Positions 32,720 to 43,389 of a stretch of 64,000 bases of DNA are shown piece after piece. Made by a program: the position numbers and the translations under genes. The stretch comes from a bacterium (GTDB taxonomy: Bacteria > UBA8248). The DNA is taken from positions 1,472,001 to 1,536,000 of the forward strand of contig OZ242260.1 in the NCBI GenBank assembly GCA_965207065.1. The letters are read 5' to 3'. The number at the start of each line of letters is the position of its first letter. Within the stretch, counting starts at the first letter, position 1. The notes below the pieces were generated by a model, which saw nothing but the letters and a program-made list of their open reading frames with translations, did no database searches and had not been told where the DNA came from.

Positions 32720-32850
32720 AGTTTCTCTGGCAATTCGGGCGCGACTTCGGAGATATTCCGGCTGATTTGCTCGATTTCTTCCTCGCGGCCGGCCTTCTCC
32801 ATGTCGCGGATGATTGCCTGAGCGGTGAACATTGCCGAGCGCAACAGGTG
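32720..32850 (-). pseudogene. Small repeated gene remnant, copy 2
   Basis: Near-identical DNA to 21118-21240 (HLLRSAMFTAQAIIRDMEKAGREEEIEQISR). Confidence 0.65.
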
Positions 32851-33569
32851 GGTGCGACAGGCTGCTAGGTTAAATTATTCAGATAATCGGAATAATGCCG
32901 TCGCCCGCTCGTAGCCATGGACGTCACGCTTACCGATATTGTCCTTATTCTCGCGCCACAACTTCACCCCTTTCAAGAGGGACATTGAGGCGCGTGCGCA
33001 GCACCTCTTGCGCCTGCAGTTCATTCTGTATTGTTCAGTTTCCCGCCGCTTCGTTACGGCAGTCGCATCATCAGCCGCTTCGTTCGCCAAGTGGAGATGC
33101 GGGTCGAAGCAGCGTTCTCTATGAGGCGTACTGGATCGCCCTAGAAGTCACCCTAGTTGTAGGAATTAGTGAAACTCGTGGCCGTGATGCGTGCACGCTT
33201 AGACAATGACCGCAACGCTTCGATGTCCCTGGTGCCAAGCGGGCGATCAATCCGTTTGTATTGGTATTCGCTCACGACTCGCCCTACCGGTATTAGGCCA
33301 TTGCGCTATTCACCAAGATTCGGATTCTGCAAGAAAAATGATCCCCGTGTTTATGCTTGATGGCAACCGTGTGCGGCGCATACCCGGCGAAGACGGCAGG
33401 AATTCCTTTACCTTGCCTGCAAATTTACTTCCACCTTCTCCAATCGAGTTGGCCGGGACAAGTTTATTTGCCCCGGTTTTGTGGCCGAAACTCTTGTGGC
33501 CAGATTTACCCACCTGTTATTATCTCAATATAGATAATTGCCGAAACTGGTCCGTGCCCAACTAGAAGA

Positions 33570-33860
33570 AGGCGGTCTCCGCTTCGAGCCGACGCGAACT
33601 CTTTGCCCGGTGCTGGTAGCCGTAAAGATACAGCTTCAGCAGCAGCGCCGGGTCGAACGCTGGCTAACCGGCGCCGCAGTTCCCTTCGGCATGCTCGAAT
33701 CCCAGCGCCCGCAGATCCAGCGTACCGACGAACGCATCAATTGCGCGCACCGCATTTTGCCCGGACATGTAGTCGTCCAGAGACGGCGGAAGCAGCATCA
33801 TCTGGCTTCGGGACTGCACCTCCTGATAACGCCTCTCGGACATGGAGGTGATCCTTGATT
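33570..33860 (-). pseudogene. IS1182-family transposase N-terminal remnant
   Basis: RSQMMLLPPSLDD...VRAIDAFV..LDL...G*PAFDPALLLKLYLYGY...SSRRLE. Confidence 0.75.
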
Positions 33861-34171
33861 GGTTGTCTCGCTCGCCGATAATGATAGCACCTACAGACAA
33901 CTCAGACATCACTCGCCATCGTCTCATACCTGACTCGTTGAATATTCTGTCATAGTGTCGTTCGATATTTGTGAGAATACTTTCACAGTCTCCAACGCGG
34001 CGTATTTACCGCGATGCCGGGCGCTGAGGGCCACCGGCTTCGAACGAAGCCGGATAGACGCCCTGAGACAGGAAATGAACCACAACTACGAGGGGGGAAA
34101 CGAACTCGGTCGCAAGTCCTTGGTCGATGTACGTCTAAAGGAATTTTCCAGCATTATTCGGACTTGATCAA

Positions 34172-34564
34172 TTACTTTAATTTAGGTGTTCTCAAGCAAC
34201 TCAGCGTGACTGTGTAGCTATGCTCTCCGAATAGATTGAGAAGACCCCTACCTTGCTCGGCGGTCTCTTTCACTTGTTTGAGAATCTCCGCTATATTTTC
34301 TGCAATATTCGGCCATTCAAAATACGAATATGACATAACTCCCGAGGTGCCGCTTTTACCGCTCCCAGTAGAATTTTCGCCGACCACCTTCTCTACAGTA
34401 CATGCGTACACGGCAACAGTATTGGTATGATCTATGATAGAGGTGGCACTTTGCAGCACCGATCCAGTTCCGACGGCAATTACTTGATTATCCGAACGCG
34501 TAATCGTCACTTTTGAACACGCCGCAAGCGAAAGCGCCAGCACAGCCAACATGATTCTATACAT
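34172..34564 (-). CDS. Hypothetical lipoprotein
   Basis: AAGGAG RBS; lipobox LAAC. Confidence 0.65.
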   Translation of the reverse strand: MYRIMLAVLALSLAACSKVTITRSDNQVIAVGTGSVLQSATSIIDHTNTVAVYACTVEKVVGENSTGSGKSGTSGVMSYSYFEWPNIAENIAEILKQVKETAEQGRGLLNLFGEHSYTVTLSCLRTPKLK

Positions 34565-34863
34565 TGTCAAAACTCCTTGATACGGTCGTGAGATTACCTT
34601 GAACACGATACTAGAACTAGCAGCTCTCAGCAACGGTGCGACCGAGTCGAGGTTCGGGTTGGCACAAAGTCCTTGGGGCCCACTCCTGGGGCTTTGTCCA
34701 TCCACCAGACAGGGATCCCGGTCGTCAGCCTCAGAAAGCCGGAGAACGACACGGATTTGTTCTTCTTGATGTTTTCATACTTCACAATGAGATAACTGTA
34801 GATCTGGCGTCTCGTGAGATGGGACACTGCCTATTCAATGCCGTTCTAGGAACTTTGCTGTCC

Positions 34864-35277
34864 TTATTTACATTCAAGTTTCCATTGATAGAAGCAACCG
34901 CCGGGCCGGTGATCCGTGTCGTCGCGAAACACCTTCGTCCAGTTTCCTGTGCGCAATGACGTGCTCCAACCACTGCATGTGTTCCGATTCCTCTGACATT
35001 GGTCAGAGCCTTCGGTTTCTCGGAAGCAGATTCTGCACTCCTTTATTCTCTTCGTCAGTTCGTTTGTCGCGCTCTTCAAGCCGCTCTCATTGGCCGACAA
35101 GCGGGCTTCCGCTGTTCTCATATCGTCGGTAGTTGCACCATTCATAGCCTTAATCAGCCAGCCATCAGTCACCTTTTCCAAAACGAGAATTCCGATCGCG
35201 AGCAATATGGCGGTTACCACCCCGCCGATGACCTGAGTCTTGATTACATTGAACATCTTGCGTTGATCGTCGGACAT
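34864..35277 (-). CDS. Membrane-anchored protein with a Cys-rich C-terminal domain resembling the accessory domain of invertebrate MACPF proteins
   Basis: TM helix, coiled coil, then CRICFRETEGSDQC...CSGWS...WT..FRDDTD.RPGGC.YQWKLEC. Confidence 0.65.
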   Translation of the reverse strand: MSDDQRKMFNVIKTQVIGGVVTAILLAIGILVLEKVTDGWLIKAMNGATTDDMRTAEARLSANESGLKSATNELTKRIKECRICFRETEGSDQCQRNRNTCSGWSTSLRTGNWTKVFRDDTDHRPGGCFYQWKLECK

Positions 35278-35619
35278 TGTTGGTTCTCCCTGTCTATAAA
35301 GAAAAGATTCGGAGGCCCGCTCGGGCGCATCAACAGCGGCGAGATACCGGCACACTTGAACGGCGGCCCGGGTCTCTCGTCAGTGGCGGGCTTGATTGTT
35401 AAAGCGTTCGCATTTATGCTCGTAGCCATTCGGATATACTGAGGCGTTTTGGCCAAGGTTGAAGGGTCACTAATGTGCACAACATACCACAACCGGTTGC
35501 TGAGAAACCAAACTCTTTATCTTTACAAAAATGGTAGATATAGGCGGCTTTACTTGGCTGAAACTTATGAATTGTTACAGTCTGCCTGCTTCCCCTTTTC
35601 TCTGAACCTGCCTGCTTTT

Positions 35620-35760
35620 TGAATCTTTCCCTGATTTCCCCGGAAATTCCTGCGCGATTCGGGAGATAGTGCGGCTGATTTGCTCGATTTCCTCCTCGCG
35701 TCTGTCTTGTTCCATGTCGCGGTCTTGGGCTGCGAACATGGCCGACGAGGTGAACGATCC
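35620..35760 (-). pseudogene. Small repeated gene remnant, copy 3 (degenerate)
   Basis: Shares GGCTGATTTGCTCGATTTC..CCTCGCG and CCATGTCGCGG with copies 1 and 2. Confidence 0.5.
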
Positions 35761-36104
35761 CTCCCGGCAATATCACACCATGACAAGGTGACGTCGTATA
35801 TGGACGCGACCGAGCCCGGATGCGCGAAAGTTGCAATGAATCCGCTTATTGGTTGATTACATGTTGCGCAAGAGGGATCCTAGAGAAGATGGGAAAAATC
35901 ATCCAATACAAGTAGTTTCAGCAGAATATGAGGATTTCACAACTGGTGGAAATTGTCGAATGTCTAGATTGATAAATTGAGCGAAATCTGGTGGAAATCC
36001 GCAAAAAATGTCTGTACGCGCTCACCGTCACGGTGTCCTCCTTCAAACCCGCCATCAGGTGCAGCAGGACCTTGGCACTGTTCGCCGTGAATCCCCAGGC
36101 CGCT

Positions 36105-36673
36105 AATACTGGTTCTCACCTACTTCCTGGGCGGATACGTACCACAATCCCGTCGGTGAACAGATAGACGTCCTCGTACGTGCCCAGATCCTGCAACGCG
36201 AACTTCTGATAGTCTTCCCAGAGTCGCTCCCCGAATTCCGAAACCGCCGTGCGCGAAAGTAGCAGACGATCGCTCTCGTCGGTGAAAACTTCTTCAACCT
36301 CGCGGACCGACAGACCGTGTGCCAGAAGCTCCACCGCCAACCCTTCGAGCGTCTCGGTGCGACCCTTGAGATTATCCCGGATATCCGAGTGAAACCCTTC
36401 CCCGTGCCCGGCAATCTGCGGGGACGCGTACTCGATAAACCCTTCCGCCGCTTTCAGACGACCAAGTCGGTGGCCCTAGCCGGGTTCCGGTCCGTGCTCG
36501 TAATATTCCCGGCCGAGAGCGTCGCGGCTTTCCGCCTCCAGCGCTTCTTCCACGATGAGGCGCGTGGCCGGCTTCACCAGGTTGGCTTGCGCATCGGGAG
36601 TCGACAGGCGAACTTCAATCAGGGCGGACAGGGCTTGGCAAGTGTGAATCGATACCTGTCATCACTTCTTCAT
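36105..36673 (-). pseudogene. IS256-family transposase N-terminal remnant
   Basis: RLIVEEALEAE..DALGR.YYE; GLSVREVEEVF; YLFTDG. Confidence 0.7.
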
Positions 36674-36973
36674 GGGTGCCTCCTCTGTTGGATGCTGGCA
36701 CTCACCTGCACGGTTTTATGATGCCTCTGTCGAGGATACATCACTTTCGGAAATTTCCAGCAAGTTTAAGACTTAACAGTCTGTCGAACTTGGCTTGCTG
36801 AGAAGGTCGAAGCGCCGTCGTAGGAGCAATTCTCGGGGTTCCCTGTCATAGATTCGCGTTGGACAGCGATTCGGTGTCAGGAGTCATGCTCGACCTTCAC
36901 TGGCCCGGTGGTGGTCGTATTGGCCGTAGGTAGGCCACGGGACGAGGCGTTTTATTGCCGGAGCACGCCAACG

Positions 36974-37560
36974 TCAGGTTGTGTAGGCGAATGCAGTGTA
37001 GGCTGGCATCACCAAAGACCCCCACTCACCCTGCACCTTGTCGAGACCGCGCAAGTGGAAGTGCCTGAAGAGCATCGCCTGCTTGACGATGCCGAACACC
37101 GGCTCCACCGTCTGTCGGCGCAGGAGATATCGGGCACGCTCTTCGGGCTGCGCCATCTTCGTGCGCATCGCAGCAATCCAGTCTGCCCGAACCGCCGGAC
37201 ATGGCCGGAAGTCGTGCCGACGGCGTTGTCCTTCGGATTCCGTGCCCACCAGAATCCGGCGCCGCGTCCCTTGAGTCGTTCCACATCCTTGACAGTCGCA
37301 TAGCCGCTGGCCGCCAGCACCCGGGTCGGTGCGCCAATCCTTGGCGGAATCGCGTCCACACCCGACACCAATTCCCGGTGGTCGCTCGCATTGTTGCTCA
37401 CCAGCGCACCCAACACCAACCGGCTGCCCTCGGCATCTACCGCCGCCTACGCGTTGTAGGCCTGACGGTACTCGTGCCTTTTGCTCTTGCGCATCAAGGC
37501 GTTGTCCCCATCCGTCAGGTTGATCTGCCGCCTTCTTCGGGCCCCTCCCGCGCTTGCATC
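36974..37560 (-). pseudogene. IS1182-family transposase C-terminal remnant
   Basis: INLTD.DNALM...YRQAYNA; RRQTVEPVFGIVKQ..FRHFHLRGLDKV. Confidence 0.75.
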
Positions 37561-37939
37561 ACATGGTTTCCGTGCCAAGTAAGCTTGCACCATCATCGTG
37601 CGCGACGTGAAATTAATAGAGATTTCCCACGCGCTTCTCGTCAAATTAAATTCTAAGGAATGGTTCAGAGGAATGCGCAAGACCAAGAGATGTTGCGGCT
37701 ATTGCCTGCAAATCTCTGCTTCATCATTTTGTATCAACGCAGTTCGGGCCGATGCACAGGTCTCGGTAATCACATCGTGCCCCGAACAAAGTGTCAGTTT
37801 GAACATGTAAAGCAACGATATCTCGCGGATACGGTCTGTCGAATGTCTATGTGGCGTGAATTTTCGACTTTCATAACCATTTCTCAGATGATCCATGATC
37901 GCGCAGTTTATGGATTGACGCCGCTCGAGTCTGTCCAAC

Positions 37940-38290
37940 CCCGCATAATCTTCTGCCGATTTACGCTGCAATTCCGGCGCGGCTTCGGAGACATTTCTGT
38001 TGATTCGCTTGATTTTCTCTTTGCTTCGGGTACTTTCCATGTGCGGATGATGACCTGTGCGGAGAACATCACAGAACACAACAGGTGAATTCCCGCCTCA
38101 GTTTGCGACCACTTGCGACGCTCGATAGCCTCCATTGCGAGTTCGACCACGAGTCTGTTCGGCGATTTTTCTCGCCTTTCGGCTTCTTTTTCGAGGCGCC
38201 TCCACTGCTCGGGCTTCACCCTGACGTTCTTTTGTATTGTCTGAAGCCTCGGTTTTGCAGCTTCTTTATTGAAGGTTTTCACTCTAATTG
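37940..38290 (-). pseudogene. Small repeated gene, copy 4 (most complete, frameshifted); possible RHH DNA-binding protein
   Basis: TIQKNVRVKPEQWRRLEKEAERREKSPNRLVVELAMEAIERRKW. Confidence 0.55.
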
Positions 38291-38481
38291 ATCGCAAAAC
38301 GGGTCGGAAAATCCCGTTTCCTTGCATCGGGCTCGCTACATTTTGGGCGCATGCATCCTCAAAAAGCCCCGGTCGATGAGATACCAAACGGATAGCCATC
38401 ATAGCGCAGCGCACGCCCATCCGTATTCTCATAGCATACGTGCAGGAAACACCCTGATACCAGATGTATGCCATCAGCATA

Positions 38482-39399
38482 GTGCGCCGTGGAAAGGCGC
38501 CATTCCCTAGCGGGTGCGAATCCCGCCCGGCAACTGTCGCTCCAGCCGGTAGCAATCGGGGCGGGTGATGGAGGCAACGACATGGCCTGAAGCACTCCGA
38601 TGGAAAAGGGCCGCCACGGGCGGCTCAGCGACCATGCGGGCCGCAACGCGAGTGAACGCCGAGCAGGCCTCGAAAATGCATGATGCGAGTGCCGACCCGC
38701 CTATGCAACGGGGAAGGCTGTCACCGGCCGGGAAGCGAGCGACATGAGCACCGGCCGGGTCTCGCCGGGGTAGTGGCGGCGGCACGCATGGAAGATGGGA
38801 ATGGCAGCAACACGGGAAGCCCTGCCGGTGGAGCGCACACTCCAACCGGAACCCCGCGAGGGGCAGGCCGGGCCGGCAGGGTGGCGGATGGGCTCGTAGT
38901 ACCTGAGAGGCCGGGTAACGCCGGCGGAGGAAAGGAGCCCTGGTTCGGGAGCGATGCGGAAAGGGAGGAAGGGCATGACCACTGGCGAGAGCCTATCAGG
39001 GTCGGAAAAGGCTCGGAAACTCCAGACCGTGTTACATGCGAAAGCCAAGGAAGAACCCGGACGGCGCTTCCACGCGCTGATAGACAAGGTGTGGCGCGAA
39101 GACTTTCTGGCCGAAGCCTGGAGGCGGGTCCGCCGCAATCGCGGGGCCGCCGGGGTGGACGGAGAGACGTTCGCGGACATCGAGGCGTACGGCGTGGGAC
39201 GCTGGCTCGGGGAACTGGCGCGGGAACTGAAGGATGGGGTATACGCACCGAAGCCTGTGCGACAAGTGCTCATCCCGAAGAAACAGCCCGGCAAGTTCCG
39301 GCCTCTGGGCATCCCCTGCATAAGGGACCGGGTGGCGCAGACGTCGGCCCTGCTCGTGCTTGAGCCGATATTCGAAGCGGACCTGCAACCGGAGCAGTA
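38482..39399 (+). mobile_element. Group II intron 5' part with RT (from ~38975) truncated by IS256
   Basis: GTGCGCC start; RFHALIDKV, GAAGVDG and RPLGIPCIRDRVAQ motifs. Confidence 0.85.
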
Positions 39400-39428
39400 G
39401 AGTTACTGTCAAATGTTGTGTATGGCCG

Positions 39429-39692
39429 TATGTGGACGGCCCCGTAAATGCAAACATGTTGTTTGAACGATTCAGGGTCTGTGGTCAGGTGCAGTCGTAT
39501 GTCCGACCTCTTGGTGCGGCATATCTCTCACCGCGGGCCCGTATGGAGATGCGCGGATCGGGTCCGAATCGTCCTGGCGAGCTCAAGGGCTCTCGGCCAT
39601 ACCCCGGTTTACCCGACCCTGTCTCATTGACCATTTACCCTTACCCGTCCTCCGACCTGCTCACATTCCTGGATAATCCGTTTGTCTGCCGC
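39429..39692 (-). ncRNA. Predicted bridge/seek RNA region of IS110 copy 1
   Basis: Long 3' non-coding end conserved with 52160-52430; segments at 39594-39602 and 39570-39576 match the flanking DNA. Confidence 0.75.
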
Positions 39693-40504
39693 TCAGGCGA
39701 CCGGCGCCGGTTCCTGGTAGACTTCTTTCTTCGTCATCAGCGCCCATGCGATGCGCGCCATTCGATTCGCCAGCGCCACCGCGACCAGCATTCGTGGCTT
39801 GCGCGCCAGCATCCGGGCCAGCCATGAGCCCGCCGGCGCGCCGCGCCGGACCGCGCTGCGCACCACCGTCATAGCACCTATGTTCAAGAGCCGCCTGATG
39901 TCGCGCTGTCCCATCTTCGACACTTTGCCCAGTCGGGACTTGCCTCCGGTCGAGTGCTGTCTGGGCACGAGGCCGAGCCAGGCGGAGAAGTCCCGTCCGC
40001 GTTTGAAGCTCTCCAAAGGCGGCGCGAAGGCCAGTATCGCCGACGCGGTGATCGGACCGATTCCCGGGATGCTCATCAGACGCCTCGCCTCCGCATCCGC
40101 GTAAGCGCCCGCGTGGAGTTGCCTCTCCAACTCCCTGATCTTCTCGTTGAGTTCGGCAATTTGATCGAGAAGAACCCCGCCCAACTCGCGGACCACCGTC
40201 GGCAGCTCCGTAACCGGGTCTCCAAGAGCCGCCGCCAGGCGAGAGGTATTCACTAGTCCCTGCGGAGCGATGACCCCGAACTCCGCGAAGTGACCGCGCA
40301 ACGCATTGACAGTCTGCGTGCGCTGGCGAACCAGGAGATCGCGCGTGCGGAACATCATCCCCTGGGCCTGCTGCGTTTCGCTCTTCACCGCCACGAAGCG
40401 CATGGTCGGGCGCGAGGCGGCCTCGCAGATCGCCTCCGCGTCCGCCGCGTCGTTCTTCTGACGCTTGACCAAAAGGGTCACACACTGCCCGTTATCATGA
40501 TGGG

Positions 40505-40945
40505 GTGAGGGTTTATTACCGCTACCATCCGCTGGCGGGCTGCCGCGTAACTTGCCTTGGGCGTCGAAAGGCGTATGGGCAGAGGATGTTGATCATCCGG
40601 CATCCGGACGGAACACAGATGCATGTCCCGGAGTGGATGACCAGGCCGGATGCGGCCCTGCTCGAGGTTCGCGACGTCCCGAGAATCTCCCTGCGGGCGC
40701 TTCGTGAATTGCGGAATCTCATCGATGCGTCTCTTCTTGTACCGGACCAGGCCCGGAGGGGAGGAGACGATGAACACCAGACGCCGAAATTCGAAACAGG
40801 GGGAACTGTTTCCCCCGGAACAACCGCCGCACCTGATAACGGACGAAAGACGCGAGGCGCTGATACCGCTCCTGTCGATGACCATCGCAGTGGCCATGGA
40901 AGCTCCGGGACCGGAGAGCCCGACGAGTCGGGGGGCCGGCCATGA
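40505..40945 (+). CDS. Small accessory protein upstream of the LSR
   Basis: YRYHPLAG...DGTQMHVPEWMT...ALRELRNLID; stop overlaps the LSR start (ATGA). Confidence 0.55.
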   Translation: MRVYYRYHPLAGCRVTCLGRRKAYGQRMLIIRHPDGTQMHVPEWMTRPDAALLEVRDVPRISLRALRELRNLIDASLLVPDQARRGGDDEHQTPKFETGGTVSPGTTAAPDNGRKTRGADTAPVDDHRSGHGSSGTGEPDESGGRP

Positions 40946-43017
40946 GGGGTGAGCAAACAAGGATCACCGCCGGCCATCTGGCGCGCGCGGCCTGTGTCTA
41001 CGTTCGACAGTCCTCACTCGGCCAGGTTCGCAACAACCTGGAAAGCCAGCGCCTTCAGTACGGATTGCAGGCCCGCGCGAAGGAGCTGGGCTGGCGGGAA
41101 GTGATGACGATCGACGAGGACCTCGGCCGTTCGGGAGGTGGCGGCGTCGAGAGGCCCGGCTTCCAGAAACTCCTGAGCGCGGTCTGCGAGAACAGGGTCG
41201 GCATCGTGTTGTCCGTCGACGCCTCCCGCCTGTCCCGAAACGGCCGTGAGTGGCATACTCTTCTCGAGTTCTGCGCCGTGGTCGGCTGCCTCCTGGGAGA
41301 CGGGCGCGGCATCTACGACCCCGGTCTGCCCGATGATCGCATGCTGCTCGGCATGAAGGGGAGCTTCAACGAAATGGAAAGCTCGCTCCTGCGCCAGCGC
41401 TCCCACGACGCCCGTCGCCAGAAGGCGGAGCGGGGCGAGTTGTTCCTGAACCTGCCGGCCGGATACGTGAAGGTCGGGCGCGACGCCATCGCGCTCGACC
41501 CCGACCAGCGGGTGCGCGACGCGGTACGGCACGTATTCCGCAAGTTCACCGAGCTGCGGAGCATTCGCCAGGTGTTCCTGTGGTTCCGGCAGGAAGGAGT
41601 CGAGCTTCCGTATCGCTCTCTCGACACCGGCGTTCATGGATGGCGGGTCGCCTGGAAGCTGCCGGTGTACAATACCGTCCACCAGATCCTGACCAACCCG
41701 ATCTACGCGGGCGCCTACGCCTACGGTCGCAGGAGGCGGCGGAGGGTGATCGAGGAGGGGCGCCAACGCATCGTGAACGAGGTCAGGCGCAACCCGGAGG
41801 AGTGGGCGATATTGATTCGCGACAACCACGAGGGCTATATCTCCTGGGAGGAATATGAACGCAATCGCGGCCTGATCGCGGCCAATGAGCCGAAAATCAA
41901 GGGAGCGGTGCGCGAGGGCGGCGCGTTGCTGACCGGCTTGTTGCGATGCGGTCATTGCACCCACAAACTCCAGGTCGTCTATTCGGGGAACAGCGGGGTG
42001 GGCCGCTACCTCTGCCAGGGCAGGCGGTCGCACACGGATGGTACAACCTGCATCTCCTTTGGTGCGGGCGACGTCGACGAGGCCGTCGCCGCCGCCGTGT
42101 TGCGAGCGGTAGAGCCGCTGGGAGTGGAAGCCGCGCTCGGTGCGCTCAAAGAGCGCGGAAAGGAAGCAGCCGAACGCGCCCGTCTGGCGGAGCTGGCGCT
42201 CGAGGAAGCCCGGTTCCAGGCGGAGCAGGCGCGGGCGCGGTTCGAGGCGGTCGATCCCCGCAACCGCAACGTCATCGGCAATCTCTCGCGGGCATGGGAG
42301 GAGCGCCTCGAGGTCGTGCGGGAGCGGGAGGCCCGGTTGGAGGCGGCGCGCTCACAACTCCAGCTTCAGGAGCCGACACCCTGCGAGCGAGCCGCGTATC
42401 TCGCCCTCGGCGCCGATCTGGAGCAGGCCTGGAACCATGAGAACGTGACGACCGCGATGCGCAAGCACATTCTGCGCGCGGTGCTCGTTGAGATCATCGT
42501 GACCGTCTCGGCCGAGCGGATCGATCTCGTCCTGCATTGGGAGGGCGGCGATCATACGGGACTCTCCGTACGCAGGAGAAAGAGCGGACTAACGCGTATC
42601 GCGGCGGACGCCGACACCGGGACCATGATCCGGGAACTTGCCCGCCTCATGCCGGACCGGGCCATCACCGCGTTCCTGAACCGGGCCGGGAAGCGGACCG
42701 GCAAGGGCAATGCCTGGACCGAGGCGCGCGTACGCGCCTGGCGTTCCCATCACGGCATAGCGGTCTATCGTGATGGGGAGCGACAAGAGCGCAACGAACT
42801 GACACAGACCGAAGCCGCGGCGAGGCTGAAAGTCAGCGCCAGAACAATGAACCGTCTGATCAAGCGCGGCGTTGTTCCGGCCCGCCAGGCCTGCAAGGGC
42901 GCGCCCTGGGTGATATCCGCAGATGCTCTCGAACTGCCGGATGTTGCCCGGGCGCTGAAAAAGGGAGTATACCCGCCGGCACCGGATGATGAACAGAAAA
43001 CCTTTTGTTTTCAATAA
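40942..43017 (+). CDS. Large serine recombinase
   Basis: YVRQS, DEDLGRSG, SRLSRN, recombinase domain, CGHC zinc ribbon, coiled coil and C-terminal HTH. Confidence 0.92.
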   Translation: MRGEQTRITAGHLARAACVYVRQSSLGQVRNNLESQRLQYGLQARAKELGWREVMTIDEDLGRSGGGGVERPGFQKLLSAVCENRVGIVLSVDASRLSRNGREWHTLLEFCAVVGCLLGDGRGIYDPGLPDDRMLLGMKGSFNEMESSLLRQRSHDARRQKAERGELFLNLPAGYVKVGRDAIALDPDQRVRDAVRHVFRKFTELRSIRQVFLWFRQEGVELPYRSLDTGVHGWRVAWKLPVYNTVHQILTNPIYAGAYAYGRRRRRRVIEEGRQRIVNEVRRNPEEWAILIRDNHEGYISWEEYERNRGLIAANEPKIKGAVREGGALLTGLLRCGHCTHKLQVVYSGNSGVGRYLCQGRRSHTDGTTCISFGAGDVDEAVAAAVLRAVEPLGVEAALGALKERGKEAAERARLAELALEEARFQAEQARARFEAVDPRNRNVIGNLSRAWEERLEVVREREARLEAARSQLQLQEPTPCERAAYLALGADLEQAWNHENVTTAMRKHILRAVLVEIIVTVSAERIDLVLHWEGGDHTGLSVRRRKSGLTRIAADADTGTMIRELARLMPDRAITAFLNRAGKRTGKGNAWTEARVRAWRSHHGIAVYRDGERQERNELTQTEAAARLKVSARTMNRLIKRGVVPARQACKGAPWVISADALELPDVARALKKGVYPPAPDDEQKTFCFQ

Positions 43018-43389
43018 CGTAGAGGGGTGACTTAGTATGACTGGCGTTTCACGTAAGGCTTCACGTAGACCGGTGGCATGAGCTTCACCTCGTGACCGAG
43101 CCTGCCGATCTCGCGGCCCCAGTAGTGCGCGCTCGCGCACGCCTCCATCGCAATCAGGCAGCGCGGCTGCGAAGCCAGAAAACCCGGTACATTCCCCCGG
43201 GTCAACTTCTTGCGAAACGCGACCGAACCGTCTATGCGCGCGCCATGGAGTTGAAAACCATGTTTCACCAAGTCGATACCGATGATGTGAACCTGTTCCA
43301 TGGGGTCCTCCTTCCGGGCGGTATGAAGACGCCACCTCGCCACAGTGTGATACCTGCCAGGAGGGGTCGTCCACCCCATCGTCCTGAGT

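Larger units (their letters stand above)
40464..43046 (+). mobile_element. Minimal large-serine-recombinase integrative element
   Basis: Interrupts the IS110 gene at a CG dinucleotide; the reconstructed attP is symmetric. Confidence 0.8.
39429..43381 (-). mobile_element. IS110/IS1111-family element; transposase split (43045-43301 and 39693-40463) by an LSR element
   Basis: IGIDL, MEAC, KNDAADAEAI, GLVPRQHSTGGK and VALANRMARI motifs; subterminal IRs GTGGACG/CGTCCAC; CG core at both junctions. Confidence 0.9.

Noticed and set aside
32875-33280. Remnant of a conserved hypothetical gene (SEYQY..IDRPL...ARITATSF)
   Set aside because: Multiple stops and frameshifts and no assignable function; not listed as a feature.
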